From contig CALWLF010000057.1 in assembly GCA_944381455.1 (NCBI GenBank), positions 15,461-79,460 on the forward strand: a stretch of 64,000 nt of DNA, read 5' to 3'. The translations under genes were made by a program, and so were the position numbers. Below the pieces are notes generated by a model. The model ran no database searches, was not told where the DNA came from, and saw only the letters and a program-made list of their open reading frames with translations. Shown piece by piece: positions 20,234 through 30,871 of this stretch (positions within the stretch are counted from its first letter, which is position 1; every line of letters begins with the position of its first letter). Origin of the DNA: an uncultured Clostridia bacterium. Its GTDB lineage: Bacteria; Bacillota; Clostridia; Lachnospirales; Anaerotignaceae.

Positions 20234-20358
20234 AAAATGTGGCTCCTTTCTGTTGGTTCTTTTTCTTATAATACCATAAAAAAGCTTGATTATATAGCCT
20301 AAAATCATATATAATATAAGAAGTATGTTTGCAAAAGGAAAGAACGGGTGAAATGAAC

Positions 20359-21237
20359 ATGACAAGAAGCATGACAGGGTACGGAAAAGGCGAGTTTGAA
20401 CAAAACGGCCGCCGCTTTACGGTGGAGATGAAGTCGGTCAATCACCGCTATAACGACATCACCATCAAAGCGCCCCGGTTTTTAAATCCGCTGGAAGACC
20501 GGATCAGAAAGCGGCTTTCCCAAAGCATTTTCCGGGGTAAAACCGATGTATACATCAATTTTGAGACCACAGCCCAGGAAGATGTGAAGGTGGTGGTCAA
20601 TGAAGCACTGGCGGCCGCCTATGTGGAAAAATTGCAGTTTTTGGAAGCAAAATTCGGCCTCAGAAGCCAGGATACACTGGATTTGGTGGCCAAGTTTCCC
20701 GATGTGATTACCCAAGAAAAGGTGGAAGAAGAGGCCGACGAAACGTGGCAGCTGCTGCTGCCGGCATTGGAAGAGGCGTTGGAGGCGTTTTTGACGATGC
20801 GCACGGTGGAAGGCGAAGCATTGAAAGAAGATATTTTGCAAAAGGCCCAGATCATCGAGGCGCTGACCAAAACGGTGGAAGAGAGAAGTGCTTTGGTGGT
20901 GGAGGAATACCGGCAGAAATTAAATGACCGCCTGAAAGAACTGCTGGACCAGACGCCGGTGGATGAGGGACGCATGGCCCAGGAAATCACCATCTTTGCC
21001 GACAAAGCCTGTGTGGACGAGGAAACCACCCGTTTAAAAAGCCATCTTTGCCAGCTGTCTGATATTTTCTGCCAGGAAGGGACCATCGGGCGCAAGCTGG
21101 ATTTTTTGGTGCAGGAGATGAACCGGGAGGCCAATACCATCGGCTCCAAGTCCAGCGATTTGGTCATCACCAATGCAGCCATTGGGTTAAAGACGGAAAT
21201 TGAAAAAATTCGGGAACAGATTCAGAACATAGAATAA
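20359..21237 (+). CDS. yicC: YicC-family protein
   Basis: MTRSMTGYG N-terminus and C-terminal DUF1732. An alternative start is ATG 20353. Confidence 0.88.
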   Translation: MTRSMTGYGKGEFEQNGRRFTVEMKSVNHRYNDITIKAPRFLNPLEDRIRKRLSQSIFRGKTDVYINFETTAQEDVKVVVNEALAAAYVEKLQFLEAKFGLRSQDTLDLVAKFPDVITQEKVEEEADETWQLLLPALEEALEAFLTMRTVEGEALKEDILQKAQIIEALTKTVEERSALVVEEYRQKLNDRLKELLDQTPVDEGRMAQEITIFADKACVDEETTRLKSHLCQLSDIFCQEGTIGRKLDFLVQEMNREANTIGSKSSDLVITNAAIGLKTEIEKIREQIQNIE

Positions 21238-21260
21238 CGACGTTGAATTGAGGGATTGAT

Positions 21261-21521
21261 TTGGAACATTCTAATTTCATCAGCATCGGCCTTGGCAATG
21301 TGGTCAACACAGATAAAATTGTGGCCTGTGTCAGCCCAGAAAGCGCGCCCATCAAGCGCCTGATTCAAGAAGCCAGAACAAACGGCATCTTGATTGACGC
21401 CACCTATGGCAGAAAAACAAGAAGCGTCATTGTGATGGACAGCGGCCATGTGGTGCTGAGCCTGATTACACCGGAAACGGTGAGCATCCGTCTTTCTGGC
21501 AAGGAGGACAAGGACGAATGA
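21261..21521 (+). CDS. remA: RemA/DUF370 family regulator
   Basis: [31 protein letters not shown] is typical of RemA. TTG start follows GAGGGA. Confidence 0.85.
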   Translation: MEHSNFISIGLGNVVNTDKIVACVSPESAPIKRLIQEARTNGILIDATYGRKTRSVIVMDSGHVVLSLITPETVSIRLSGKEDKDE

Positions 21522-22126
21522 AACAAAAAGAAGGACTGCTTTTGATTATTTCTGGTCCATCTGGCGCTGGAAAGGGCACTGTGGTGCAAGAGCTCATTGG
21601 AAAGGGCGGCTATGCCCTTTCTGTTTCTGCCACCACCCGCAGCCCCCGCCCCATGGAGCAAGACGGCGTACATTATTTCTTTTTGTCCAAGGAAGACTTC
21701 GAGCAAAAGGTGGCCGAAAACGGATTTTTGGAATACGCTTGTTTTTGCGGCAACTTCTATGGCACGCCAAGAGCCTATGTGGAAGAGCAGATGGCAAAAG
21801 GCACCCATGTGATTTTGGAAATTGAAGTGCAGGGCGCTTTTCAGGTGAAAGAAAAGTTTCCAGAGGCTGTGCTGCTGTTTTTGGTGCCGCCTTCTTTGGC
21901 GGAACTGGAACGGCGGCTGGTGGGCCGGGGCACAGAAGATGCCGAAACCATCCAAAAGCGGCTAAACCGTGCCTTGGAAGAACTGGAACTGATGGAACAG
22001 TATGACTATTTGGTGGTCAATGACACCGTGGCAGAAGCGGCAGAAGATATTGCCGCCATTGTCCGGGCCGAACAGCAAAAATGCAGCCGCCAAAAGGCGT
22101 TTTGGAATGAATTTAAAGGAGAATGA
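21518..22126 (+). CDS. gmk: Guanylate kinase
   Basis: P-loop GPSGAGKGT. Conserved yicC-remA-gmk-rpoZ order. Confidence 0.95.
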   Translation: MKQKEGLLLIISGPSGAGKGTVVQELIGKGGYALSVSATTRSPRPMEQDGVHYFFLSKEDFEQKVAENGFLEYACFCGNFYGTPRAYVEEQMAKGTHVILEIEVQGAFQVKEKFPEAVLLFLVPPSLAELERRLVGRGTEDAETIQKRLNRALEELELMEQYDYLVVNDTVAEAAEDIAAIVRAEQQKCSRQKAFWNEFKGE

Positions 22127-22130
22127 AACT

Positions 22131-22421
22131 ATGTTAAGACCATCTTATTCTGACTTGTTGGAAAAAATCAATCAGGGCGCCGAGGGCGAAGATGTGGTGG
22201 GCAGCCGTTACACCATTGTCATTGCCGTGGCCAAACGGGCTAGACAGCTCATTGACCATGCGGAACCTTTGACAAAGAACATTAAAGTTGACAAACCCGT
22301 TTCCATTGCTGTTCATGAGTTATATGAAGGAAAAATTTCCATTGTACAAAAGGAAGAAGAGGAAGCAGCAGCCGTGTCTGATGATATGGCAGGGCAGGAA
22401 TCTGTCGTAGAAGAAGCATAA
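22131..22421 (+). CDS. rpoZ: DNA-directed RNA polymerase subunit omega
   Basis: MLRPSYSDLL N-terminus. Start reset to ATG 22131, which has an AAAGGAG RBS. Confidence 0.9.
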   Translation: MLRPSYSDLLEKINQGAEGEDVVGSRYTIVIAVAKRARQLIDHAEPLTKNIKVDKPVSIAVHELYEGKISIVQKEEEEAAAVSDDMAGQESVVEEA

Positions 22422-22446
22422 AAAGGCGCCTTAGAGCGCCTTTTTT
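22422..22446 (+). terminator. Intrinsic terminator after rpoZ
   Basis: aaaaggcgc/gcgcctttt hairpin plus T-run. Confidence 0.7.
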
Positions 22447-22482
22447 GTTCCAGTGTTTTTGAGACAAAAGGAGGGAGCGGTT

Positions 22483-24669
22483 ATGATTGCACAAGTGATA
22501 CTGGATACATCCAGCAGCCAGCTGGACCGGATATTTGACTATGAAATTCCCGTTCTTCTCCTTGCCGATGTGGCGCTGGGGGTGCGGGTGCAGGTGCCCT
22601 TTGGAAATAAAAACGCCACGGCAAAAGGCTATGTGGTGGGGATTACGCCCGACAGCCCAGTGCCCCAGCAAAAACGAAAGCAGATTCAACAGGTGCTGGA
22701 TGGCGCGCCGGTGTTTTCGCCGGAAGAAATCTGGCTGGCCCATTGGATGAAGGAGCGGTATTTTACCACCCTCAGCCGGGCTTTGCAGCTGATGACACCA
22801 ACAAAAGAAAACAGGCTGCGCAGAGAAAAAGCCTATGTTTTGGCCGAAGCCATCGATTTGGAGGCGGCTCTCAGTCAAAGAAAAAATGCCAAAAGCCAAA
22901 GGCAAAGAGAAGTGTTACTGGCGCAGCAAAAACAAGGTTTGCTTACAAGAAAAGAGCTGGAACAAGCAGGGCTTTCCCTCTCGGCGGCAGAAACATTGCT
23001 AAAACAAGGCATATTAAGGGTTCAGATGGTGGAAAAAAAGGAGCAGCTTTCCTATCCTTGCGGGTGGGAAAACGAAAAACCCCATGTGCTGACCGCATGC
23101 CAGAGGGCGGCAGTGGACGCCATTTTGTCCGGCGAGAAGCGGCCGCTGCTTTTGTTTGGCGTGACAGGCAGCGGCAAAACAGAGGTATATCTTTCTGCCA
23201 TCCAACATCTTTTGGGGCAGGGGAAAACGGCCATTGTCTTGGTGCCGGAAATTGCATTAACGCCCCAGCTGTTTGCCCGGTTTGAACATCGTTTTGGCAG
23301 CAAGGTGGCCTGCACCCACAGCCGCATGACAAAGCAGGAGCGGCTTTTGGTGTGGCAAAAGGCAGCCAGGGGAGAAGTGCAGGTGGTCATTGGCCCAAGA
23401 AGCGCTGTTTTTGCGCCGCTGCCAAACCTGGGGCTCATTGTGGTGGATGAAGCCCACGACCAAAGCTATCAAAGCGAGCAGGCGCCCCGGTATGATGCCA
23501 GAGAAGTGGCCCAGGTTTGGTGTCAAAAAAAAGGAGCCAAGCTGGTGCTGGGGACGGCGACGCCGTCGGTGCAGCAATATTTTTTGGCCAAACGGGGAGA
23601 CTATGACATGGTGGAACTGAAAGAGCGGATGGGAAAGGCGGCCATGCCCCGGGTGGATGTGGTGGATATGGCAGAAGAACTGGCAAACGGCAATGCGCTG
23701 ATGTTTAGCCGCCGGCTGCTGTATGCCATGGACCGGGCACTAAAGGCGAAAAAACAAGTGCTGCTGTTTTTAAACAGGCGTGGGTTTTCCACCTTTGTTT
23801 CCTGCCGCAAATGCGGCTATGTGGTCACTTGTGACCATTGCAGCGTTTCTTATACGTATCACGGCAAGGCGCAAAACCTACAATGCCATTACTGCGGCCA
23901 AACGGCGCCGGTGCCCACGGTTTGCCCTGTCTGCGGTTCCAAATACATCCGCTTTTTTGGCAGCGGCACCGAAAAGGTGGAGGCAGAAGTGCGGCGGCTG
24001 TTTCCAGAAGCCAGGGTGCTGCGGATGGATAAAGACACCACCGCAAAAAAACACAGCCACCATCAAATTCTTTCATCCTTTGCCAAAAAGGAGGCAGATA
24101 TTTTGATTGGCACCCAGATGATTGCCAAAGGACATGATTTTGCCGATGTGGTGCTGGTGGGAGTGCTGGCGGCCGATGGGCTTTTGTTTGAAGGAGAGCT
24201 GGGCAGCACCGAGCGGGCATACCAGCTGCTGACACAGGTGATTGGCCGTGCCGGGAGGAAAGAAGGAAACGGCCTGGCTGTTTTGCAGACCTACCAGCCA
24301 AAGCACTATGTGGTGCAGGCGGCGGCCAAGCATGAGGCAGAAGCCTTTTATGAGGCGGAGCTTACGGCCAGGGGCATGATGGACTATCCGCCCTTTTGCG
24401 CCATGGTCTGCCTGATGGCAGTGGGAGAAAGGGAAGAAAAGGTGCAAGAAGCGGCAAAAAAGGTGAAAGAAAAACTGGAAGAGGCGCCAGAGCTTACGGT
24501 GCTGGGGCCTTCGCCAGCCAGGGTGAAAAAAGTGCAAAACCAGTTTCGCTGGCAGGTGTTTGCCAAGGGAAAGGACGAAGAGGCGCTGCGCCGGCAGGTG
24601 AAGGAAACGATGGAAGAGCTGCAAAAGCAATTTGCCGGCAACGTCCACCTTCAGCCGATCTTTCCCTAA
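22483..24669 (+). CDS. priA: Primosomal protein N' (replication restart helicase)
   Basis: Walker [13 protein letters not shown] box (VVDEAHD) and two Cys4 zinc-binding motifs. Start reset to ATG 22483. Confidence 0.93.
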   Translation: MIAQVILDTSSSQLDRIFDYEIPVLLLADVALGVRVQVPFGNKNATAKGYVVGITPDSPVPQQKRKQIQQVLDGAPVFSPEEIWLAHWMKERYFTTLSRALQLMTPTKENRLRREKAYVLAEAIDLEAALSQRKNAKSQRQREVLLAQQKQGLLTRKELEQAGLSLSAAETLLKQGILRVQMVEKKEQLSYPCGWENEKPHVLTACQRAAVDAILSGEKRPLLLFGVTGSGKTEVYLSAIQHLLGQGKTAIVLVPEIALTPQLFARFEHRFGSKVACTHSRMTKQERLLVWQKAARGEVQVVIGPRSAVFAPLPNLGLIVVDEAHDQSYQSEQAPRYDAREVAQVWCQKKGAKLVLGTATPSVQQYFLAKRGDYDMVELKERMGKAAMPRVDVVDMAEELANGNALMFSRRLLYAMDRALKAKKQVLLFLNRRGFSTFVSCRKCGYVVTCDHCSVSYTYHGKAQNLQCHYCGQTAPVPTVCPVCGSKYIRFFGSGTEKVEAEVRRLFPEARVLRMDKDTTAKKHSHHQILSSFAKKEADILIGTQMIAKGHDFADVVLVGVLAADGLLFEGELGSTERAYQLLTQVIGRAGRKEGNGLAVLQTYQPKHYVVQAAAKHEAEAFYEAELTARGMMDYPPFCAMVCLMAVGEREEKVQEAAKKVKEKLEEAPELTVLGPSPARVKKVQNQFRWQVFAKGKDEEALRRQVKETMEELQKQFAGNVHLQPIFP

Positions 24670-24758
24670 AGTTATTGTAACCCCATTGGTTTTGTTGTAA
24701 AATAAAGGTGTTTTTAGTGAAAAAAGCTGAGCTAGGCTTGGAATCAGGGAGGAAAACC

Positions 24759-25223
24759 ATGGCAAAGAGAAAAATTCGGATCAGTACCGATGAAGTGTTA
24801 CGGAAAAAATGCAAGGAAGTTAAGGAAATTACGCCCAATGTGCTGACGCTGTTGGAGGATATGGCAGAAACCATGTATGACGCCAACGGTGTGGGCTTGG
24901 CCGCCCCCCAGGTGGGCGTATTAAAACGGATTGTGGTCATCGATGTGGGCGACGGACTGGTGGAAATGATCAACCCAGAAATTTTGGAAACAAAAGGGGC
25001 TGTGGTGGATTACGAAGGCTGTCTATCCATCCCAGGCCAAAGCGCCCGGGTGGAGCGGCCGCAATATGTCAAAGTCAGAGCCTATAACCGGGATGGCGAA
25101 GCCTATGAAATGGAAGGCTGGGATTTGATGGCCAGAGCCATCTGCCATGAAACAGACCACCTGGAAGGCATTTTATACATCGATAAAGCCCTGCCGGAAG
25201 AAGAGGACGAGGTGGAAGCATGA
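24759..25223 (+). CDS. def: Peptide deformylase
   Basis: EGCLSIPG and HETDHLEG motifs. Start reset to ATG 24759, which has a GGGAGG RBS. Confidence 0.95.
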   Translation: MAKRKIRISTDEVLRKKCKEVKEITPNVLTLLEDMAETMYDANGVGLAAPQVGVLKRIVVIDVGDGLVEMINPEILETKGAVVDYEGCLSIPGQSARVERPQYVKVRAYNRDGEAYEMEGWDLMARAICHETDHLEGILYIDKALPEEEDEVEA

Positions 25224-26155
25224 AAGTGATTTTTATGGGGACGCCGGCCTTTGCCGTGCCGTCTTTGCTGGCCCTGGCAACCCATCACCAGGTGCTGGCG
25301 GTGGTAACCCAGCCTGATAAGCCAAAGGGACGGGGCAAAAAACTGCTTTATTCCGAGGTGAAGGAGGAGGCGCTGAAACTGGGGCTTCCGGTGCTTCAGC
25401 CGCAAAACGCCAAAGATCCGGCATTTTTAGCAGAACTGAAACAATATGATGCAGAATTATTTGTGGTGGCAGCCTACGGCCAGATTTTGACAGAAGAGGT
25501 GCTGTTTTTGCCAAAATACGGCTCCATCAATGTCCATGGCTCCCTGCTGCCCAAATATCGGGGCGCCGGGCCCATCCAGTGGTCCATCATCAACGGCGAA
25601 AGGGAAACGGGTGTCACCATCATGCAGATGGAGCGGGGGCTGGATAGCGGTGATATGCTCTCAAAGGCATCTCTTCCCATCACGGAGCAGGACACCTATG
25701 GCACGCTGACAGAAAAAATGGCAGCGCTTGGTGCTTCACTGCTGCTAAAAACCATAGAAGACATGGAAACGGGCACGCTGAAGCCTAAAAAACAGGTGGA
25801 GGCAGAAAGCACCTATGCGCCCATGATTGCCAAATCCATGGGACAACTGGACTGGACGAAACCGGCCAAAGAGCTGCACTGCCTCATTCGTGGGTTAAAT
25901 CCGCAGCCGGCGGCATATACTATGCTGGAAGGCGCGCCGCTTAAAGTGCTGATGGCCGATGTTTTGGCCGAAGAAAGCGGCCAGGCGCCGGGCACTGTGG
26001 TGGGCAGCGACAAAAAAGGGCTGCTGGTGCAAACGGGCAAAGGCATCCTGCGCCTGACTGAGGTGCAGGCCCAGGGGAAAAAAGCCATGGATGCCGCCGC
26101 CTTTTTGCGGGGCCATGCCGTGCCGGAAGGAACGGTGTTAGAGTCAATCCTTTGA
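25220..26155 (+). CDS. fmt: Methionyl-tRNA formyltransferase
   Basis: HGSLLPKYRGAGPIQ motif. ATGA overlap with def. Confidence 0.95.
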   Translation: MKVIFMGTPAFAVPSLLALATHHQVLAVVTQPDKPKGRGKKLLYSEVKEEALKLGLPVLQPQNAKDPAFLAELKQYDAELFVVAAYGQILTEEVLFLPKYGSINVHGSLLPKYRGAGPIQWSIINGERETGVTIMQMERGLDSGDMLSKASLPITEQDTYGTLTEKMAALGASLLLKTIEDMETGTLKPKKQVEAESTYAPMIAKSMGQLDWTKPAKELHCLIRGLNPQPAAYTMLEGAPLKVLMADVLAEESGQAPGTVVGSDKKGLLVQTGKGILRLTEVQAQGKKAMDAAAFLRGHAVPEGTVLESIL

Positions 26156-26228
26156 CAAAAAAACAGACTTATGAAACGAATCTTCGTACCTAAAGCAAAG
26201 AAGCAAATTTGATGCGAGGAGGAACGCG

Positions 26229-26936
26229 ATGTTTTATTTTAATTTTCAATATCTATATGTGATTTTGCCGGCGCTGCTTTTAACGCTGTATGCCCAGTCC
26301 AAAGTGAGCAGCACATTCCAGAAATATGCGTCTGTGAGAAATGCCTATGGTCTGACGGGAGCCGAAACGGCCCAGCGGCTGTTGACGGCCGCCGGCATCA
26401 ACGATGTGCGCATTGAGCGGGTGAGAGGTAATTTGACGGACCATTATGATCCATCCAAAAAAGTGCTTCGCCTTTCAGAGTCTGTCTATGACAGCACGTC
26501 GTTATCGGCCGTTGGTGTAGCAGCCCACGAAACGGGACACGCCGTGCAGCACGCCATGGGCTATGCGCCGCTGGCACTGCGCAGCGCCATGGTGCCGCTG
26601 ACCAATGTGGGCAGCAACCTGGCTTGGCCGCTGATCTTACTGGGGCTTATTTTTGGCTCCCAGGCCGGATCGGACTTTGGGTATCTGCTGGTGCAGGCTG
26701 GGATCTTGCTCTTTTCTTTGGCGGTGGTATTCTCCCTTGTGACACTGCCGGTGGAATTTAATGCATCCAGCCGGGCAGTGGCCATGCTGGACGATTTTGG
26801 CATTTTATCCCAAAATGAATTGGGGCCGGTGAAAAAAGTCCTGTCGGCGGCAGCCATGACCTATGTGGCCAGTGCGGCCATGGCCGTGGCTCAGTTACTG
26901 CGGCTGGTGCTGTTGTTTGGCAGAAGAAACGATTAA
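26229..26936 (+). CDS. YugP-like membrane zinc metallopeptidase
   Basis: HETGHAVQH zinc motif with N- and C-terminal TM segments. Confidence 0.85.
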   Translation: MFYFNFQYLYVILPALLLTLYAQSKVSSTFQKYASVRNAYGLTGAETAQRLLTAAGINDVRIERVRGNLTDHYDPSKKVLRLSESVYDSTSLSAVGVAAHETGHAVQHAMGYAPLALRSAMVPLTNVGSNLAWPLILLGLIFGSQAGSDFGYLLVQAGILLFSLAVVFSLVTLPVEFNASSRAVAMLDDFGILSQNELGPVKKVLSAAAMTYVASAAMAVAQLLRLVLLFGRRND

Positions 26937-26975
26937 AAAAACCCCTCGGAAACTGGTGTTCCGAGGGATTTTTTT
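26935..26975. terminator. Bidirectional terminator
   Basis: Stem ccctcggaa/ttccgaggg flanked by A7 and T7, shared by convergent genes. Confidence 0.65.
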
Positions 26976-27525
26976 ATGGTTCATAGGTTTGGATAAGGGT
27001 GCCGTTTTCTGCAAGAAATGCCACAACTTCTCTTTGAAATGCCATGCCGCCCAGAGGGGAATAATCGGTCCGGTTTCTGCGAAATCCCATGGGCATATCT
27101 TTGCCAAAGAGAGAAATTTCATATGTGCCCTTCGGCAAGGTGAAATAGATGGTGGCATGGGGATTGAGGGAGATGGAATATCCACTGGCACTGCCGCCGC
27201 CTGCAAGGTTTGCAAATTGTTTCCGGTACCAGGTGGAAGAAAGCAGGTCTAGCAAGGTTTGATATTGTTCCGATTGGGGAAGGATGGTGTATTCTTTCAC
27301 CACCGAATGAGGCCCTGTTTCATCCACTGTTCGGTCGAAATAGGTGATGGAAATGTGCTCTACTTCCTCCGGCGCAAAATCCTTGGCGGCAAGCCAAAAC
27401 GGTTTGGGGAGCAGAAAGGTCAAAAGATAGCAAATCCCCAAAACCAAGAGCACCTTCTGGTACCAAGGACGAGAAGGGGGCAGAACGCCTTGGTTTTTGC
27501 TGGCCGTTTGATCTGTTTTCTGCAT
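26974..27525 (-). CDS. Hypothetical membrane-anchored protein
   Basis: AGGAGGTG RBS and one N-terminal TM segment (VLLVLGICYLLTFLL). I recognise no domain. Confidence 0.6.
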   Translation of the reverse strand: MQKTDQTASKNQGVLPPSRPWYQKVLLVLGICYLLTFLLPKPFWLAAKDFAPEEVEHISITYFDRTVDETGPHSVVKEYTILPQSEQYQTLLDLLSSTWYRKQFANLAGGGSASGYSISLNPHATIYFTLPKGTYEISLFGKDMPMGFRRNRTDYSPLGGMAFQREVVAFLAENGTLIQTYEP

Positions 27526-27748
27526 CGCGCATCACCTCCTAAGAACAAGATAACAAAAAAGGAAAGCCCTTGCAAGGGCAGCTTCGAAAAATTGCCAACA
27601 AGAAAAAGAAGGTTTTTCCTTGGAAATTGCGTTGTAAAATGCTCTTTTTTTTCGTCATTTTTCCCGAAAAGATTTGCGCAATGGGGAAAAATAGAGTAAA
27701 ATAAGATGTTAGTGTGTTTGTGAAAGAAAAAAGAAAGGACTCGGGTGT

Positions 27749-29110
27749 ATGATTGTCATTTCCCCCCGATCGGTGGCGGCCGATGTGCTTTTATCCGTCG
27801 CCCAACAGCAAGAATATAATAACCATGCCCTCAAACGCGCCCTGCGGCAAAACGGCGCCATGAGCCGTCAGGACCGGGCTTTTGTGACAGAATTGGTCAA
27901 TGGCACCCTGCGAAACCAAATTTGTCTGGACTATTGTTTGGAACAGTTTTCCCGCACACCCGTCAAAAAAATGAAGCCTTTGGTGCAGGTGGTGCTGCGG
28001 ATGAGTCTCTACCAAATGATGTTTCTTTCGGTGCCGGACCATGCGGCCATCAACGAGGCCGTTTCTTTGGTGAAAAAAAGAGGCCTTGGCTCTCTGGCCG
28101 GGTTTGTCAACGGCGTGCTGCGCAGTGCGGCAAAGGGCTGGAAGGATGTTGCCTTTCCCGACAAAGAAAAAAATCCGGCGGAATATCTGGAAAAAAAGTA
28201 TTCCCATCCCTTGTGGGTGGTGAAGATGTGGCTGGCCCAATATCCCTTTGTTTTTGTGGAGGACCTTTGTGCGGCCGATAACGAAAAGCCTCCCGTTTCC
28301 ATTGTGGCAAATACCACAAAAATTGCGCCTCAAAAGCTGAAAGAACGGCTGGAAACGGAAGGGGTGCAGGTGGAAAACGGCCGTTTTTTGCCCCAGGTGC
28401 TTTTTATCAAAGGCAGCGCCGATGTGGCAAAGCTGCCTTCCTTTCAAGCAGGGCTGTTTCATGTGCAAGATGAAAGCAGCGCCCTGGCGGCTTCTTCGGT
28501 GGGGGCAAAAGAGGGGTGGCGTGTTTTGGACGTTTGTGCGGCCCCCGGCGGCAAAAGCTTTGCTTTGGCAGAAAACATGAAAAATAACGGCCTGGTGGAT
28601 AGCCGGGATATTTTTCCCCACAAAGTGGAGCTGTTACAAGAAGGCGCTGCCAGACTTTCTTTGACAGCAGTGCAGGCGCATCAGCAGGATGCTTCGGTGG
28701 CCTTAGAAAAAGACAAAGCAGGCTTTGATGCCGTGCTGGTGGATGCGCCCTGTTCCGGCCTTGGGCTTTTGCGGAAGAAGGCCGATATTCGCTATCGCCG
28801 CAAAGGGGAGGACTTGGATCAGCTGATTCCTTTGCAGCGGGAGATTTTAACGGCGGCGGCCCAGGCAGTGCGCCCAGGCGGCGTGCTGGTGTACAGCACC
28901 TGCACCATTTGCAAAAAAGAAAATGAGGGGAACAGGACGTGGTTTTTGGAGAACCATCCCGATTTTGTGGCAGAAGATTTGACGCCTTATTTCCCCCAAA
29001 AAATAGAAAGCGACTCGCTGCAAGAAGGATATATCACCCTTTTTCCGCATATCCATGGAACAGACGGCTTTTTTATCGCCAGATTTCGCAGAAAGGAGGC
29101 AGAAACATGA
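27749..29110 (+). CDS. rsmB: 16S rRNA (cytosine967-C5)-methyltransferase
   Basis: NusB-like N-domain plus DVCAAPGGKS, DAPCSGLG and YSTCT motifs. Confidence 0.9.
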   Translation: MIVISPRSVAADVLLSVAQQQEYNNHALKRALRQNGAMSRQDRAFVTELVNGTLRNQICLDYCLEQFSRTPVKKMKPLVQVVLRMSLYQMMFLSVPDHAAINEAVSLVKKRGLGSLAGFVNGVLRSAAKGWKDVAFPDKEKNPAEYLEKKYSHPLWVVKMWLAQYPFVFVEDLCAADNEKPPVSIVANTTKIAPQKLKERLETEGVQVENGRFLPQVLFIKGSADVAKLPSFQAGLFHVQDESSALAASSVGAKEGWRVLDVCAAPGGKSFALAENMKNNGLVDSRDIFPHKVELLQEGAARLSLTAVQAHQQDASVALEKDKAGFDAVLVDAPCSGLGLLRKKADIRYRRKGEDLDQLIPLQREILTAAAQAVRPGGVLVYSTCTICKKENEGNRTWFLENHPDFVAEDLTPYFPQKIESDSLQEGYITLFPHIHGTDGFFIARFRRKEAET

Positions 29111-30144
29111 AAAAACAAGATGTCAAAAGCATGACATTGGAAGAACTGGAAGTGCTGCTTGGCGCTTTGGGAGAGCCAAAGTTTCGGGCAAAACAGATTT
29201 TTGACTGGCTGCATCAAAAGCAAGTGACAGAGTTTTCTGCCATGACCAATCTTTCCAAATCCTTACGGGAAAAGCTGGAGGCAGAATGTAAAATCTCAAA
29301 ACTGGAAGTGGTGCAAAAGCAAGAATCCAAAGACGGCACCACCAAATATTTATTTGCATTAGAAAATGACAAGCTCATCGAATCGGTGCTGATGCGGTAT
29401 GGATACGGCAATGCCGTTTGTGTTTCCACCCAGGTGGGCTGCCGGATGGGCTGCAAATTCTGCGCCTCCACTTTAGATGGCGTGGAAGGCAATTTATCGG
29501 CAGGGGAAATGCTCTCCCAAGTGTACCACATTCAAAAAGACATAGGAGAACGGGTGGGCAGCGTTGTCTTGATGGGCAGCGGAGAGCCGCTGGATAATTA
29601 CGAGAACACGGTGCGTTTTATCCGCCTGCTCAACGATCCCAAGGGGCAAGCTTTGGGGCAGCGGCACATCACCTTATCCACCTGCGGCCTCATCGAGCGG
29701 ATTCATCAGTTACAGGAAGAAAACTTGCAGATTACCCTGGCCGTATCCCTCCATGCGCCAAACGACGAGATTCGCAACGAAATCATGCCCATCTCCCGCA
29801 AAAACCACATGGAGGAACTGCTGCTGGTTTGTAAACAGTATGGCGACTTCACCAAGCGGAGAGTCACCTTTGAATATGCCCTCATCCGAGGAGTCAACGA
29901 TATGCCTTCTTGTGCGGAAGAATTGGCCGGGCGGCTGCACAATATGCTCTGCCATGTAAATTTAATCCCGGTCAATGATGTCAAGGAGCGCAATTTCTAC
30001 CGCAGCAGCGAAGAAACCATCGAAACCTTTGCACAAATTTTAAGAAGCCATGGCATTGAAACCACAGTCCGCCGGAAACTGGGCAGCGACATCAACGCCG
30101 CCTGCGGCCAGCTGCGCAAAGGCCATCGTGCAGGCGGGAGGTGA
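29107..30144 (+). CDS. rlmN: 23S rRNA/tRNA adenine-C2 methyltransferase (radical SAM)
   Basis: CRMGCKFCAS radical-SAM motif. ATGA overlap with rsmB. Confidence 0.95.
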   Translation: MKKQDVKSMTLEELEVLLGALGEPKFRAKQIFDWLHQKQVTEFSAMTNLSKSLREKLEAECKISKLEVVQKQESKDGTTKYLFALENDKLIESVLMRYGYGNAVCVSTQVGCRMGCKFCASTLDGVEGNLSAGEMLSQVYHIQKDIGERVGSVVLMGSGEPLDNYENTVRFIRLLNDPKGQALGQRHITLSTCGLIERIHQLQEENLQITLAVSLHAPNDEIRNEIMPISRKNHMEELLLVCKQYGDFTKRRVTFEYALIRGVNDMPSCAEELAGRLHNMLCHVNLIPVNDVKERNFYRSSEETIETFAQILRSHGIETTVRRKLGSDINAACGQLRKGHRAGGR

Positions 30145-30148
30145 CAAA

Positions 30149-30871
30149 ATGGAATCAGTTGGCATCAGTGAAATTGGCATGGTGCGGGAAAACAACGAAG
30201 ACGCCGTGTATCAAGACGACCAAAGGGGCATTTATATCGTAGCCGACGGCATGGGCGGCCATAAGGCCGGCGAGCGGGCCAGCTGCCTTGCCATAGAGAC
30301 TTTTTTAACCTCGTTTTTAGCCAATGAAGAAACGGAGGACCTGGCAGATGCGTTGGTGGAAGCCATGGCCAGGGCCAATGAAGCAGTGTATGCAGAAAGT
30401 CAGTTGGAGGAAGCAAAGCAGGGCATGGGCACCACGTTCACCTGTGCCTTGGTGCGGCAAAATAAAGCCGTTATTGGCCATGTGGGCGACAGCCGGGCGT
30501 ATCTATTTCGAAGCGGCGCCCTGCGCCAAATTACCAGGGACCATTCTTATGTGATGGAAATGGTCAAACAAGGCAAACTGACCTTGGCCGAGGCAGCCAT
30601 CCATCCCAAGCGCAATGTGATCACCCGGGCCATTGGCTCCAAAGAGCCGCTGTGCAGCGATGTGTTTTTTGAAGCGCTGCGGGCAGGCGATTTGCTTTTG
30701 CTTTGCTCCGATGGCTTAACGACTATGGTGACGGAAGAAGAAATTGCAACGATTTTGGAAGAAAATCTGCCTTTGCAAGAGGCGGCGCGCCGCCTGGTGG
30801 ACCGGGCCAATTTCTATGGCGGCAAAGATAATATTTCTGTGATTTTAGTGTTATGTGAGGTGGAACCATGA
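30149..30871 (+). CDS. stp: PP2C-family Ser/Thr phosphatase
   Basis: ADGMGGH and GGKDNISV motifs. Start reset to ATG 30149. Confidence 0.9.
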   Translation: MESVGISEIGMVRENNEDAVYQDDQRGIYIVADGMGGHKAGERASCLAIETFLTSFLANEETEDLADALVEAMARANEAVYAESQLEEAKQGMGTTFTCALVRQNKAVIGHVGDSRAYLFRSGALRQITRDHSYVMEMVKQGKLTLAEAAIHPKRNVITRAIGSKEPLCSDVFFEALRAGDLLLLCSDGLTTMVTEEEIATILEENLPLQEAARRLVDRANFYGGKDNISVILVLCEVEP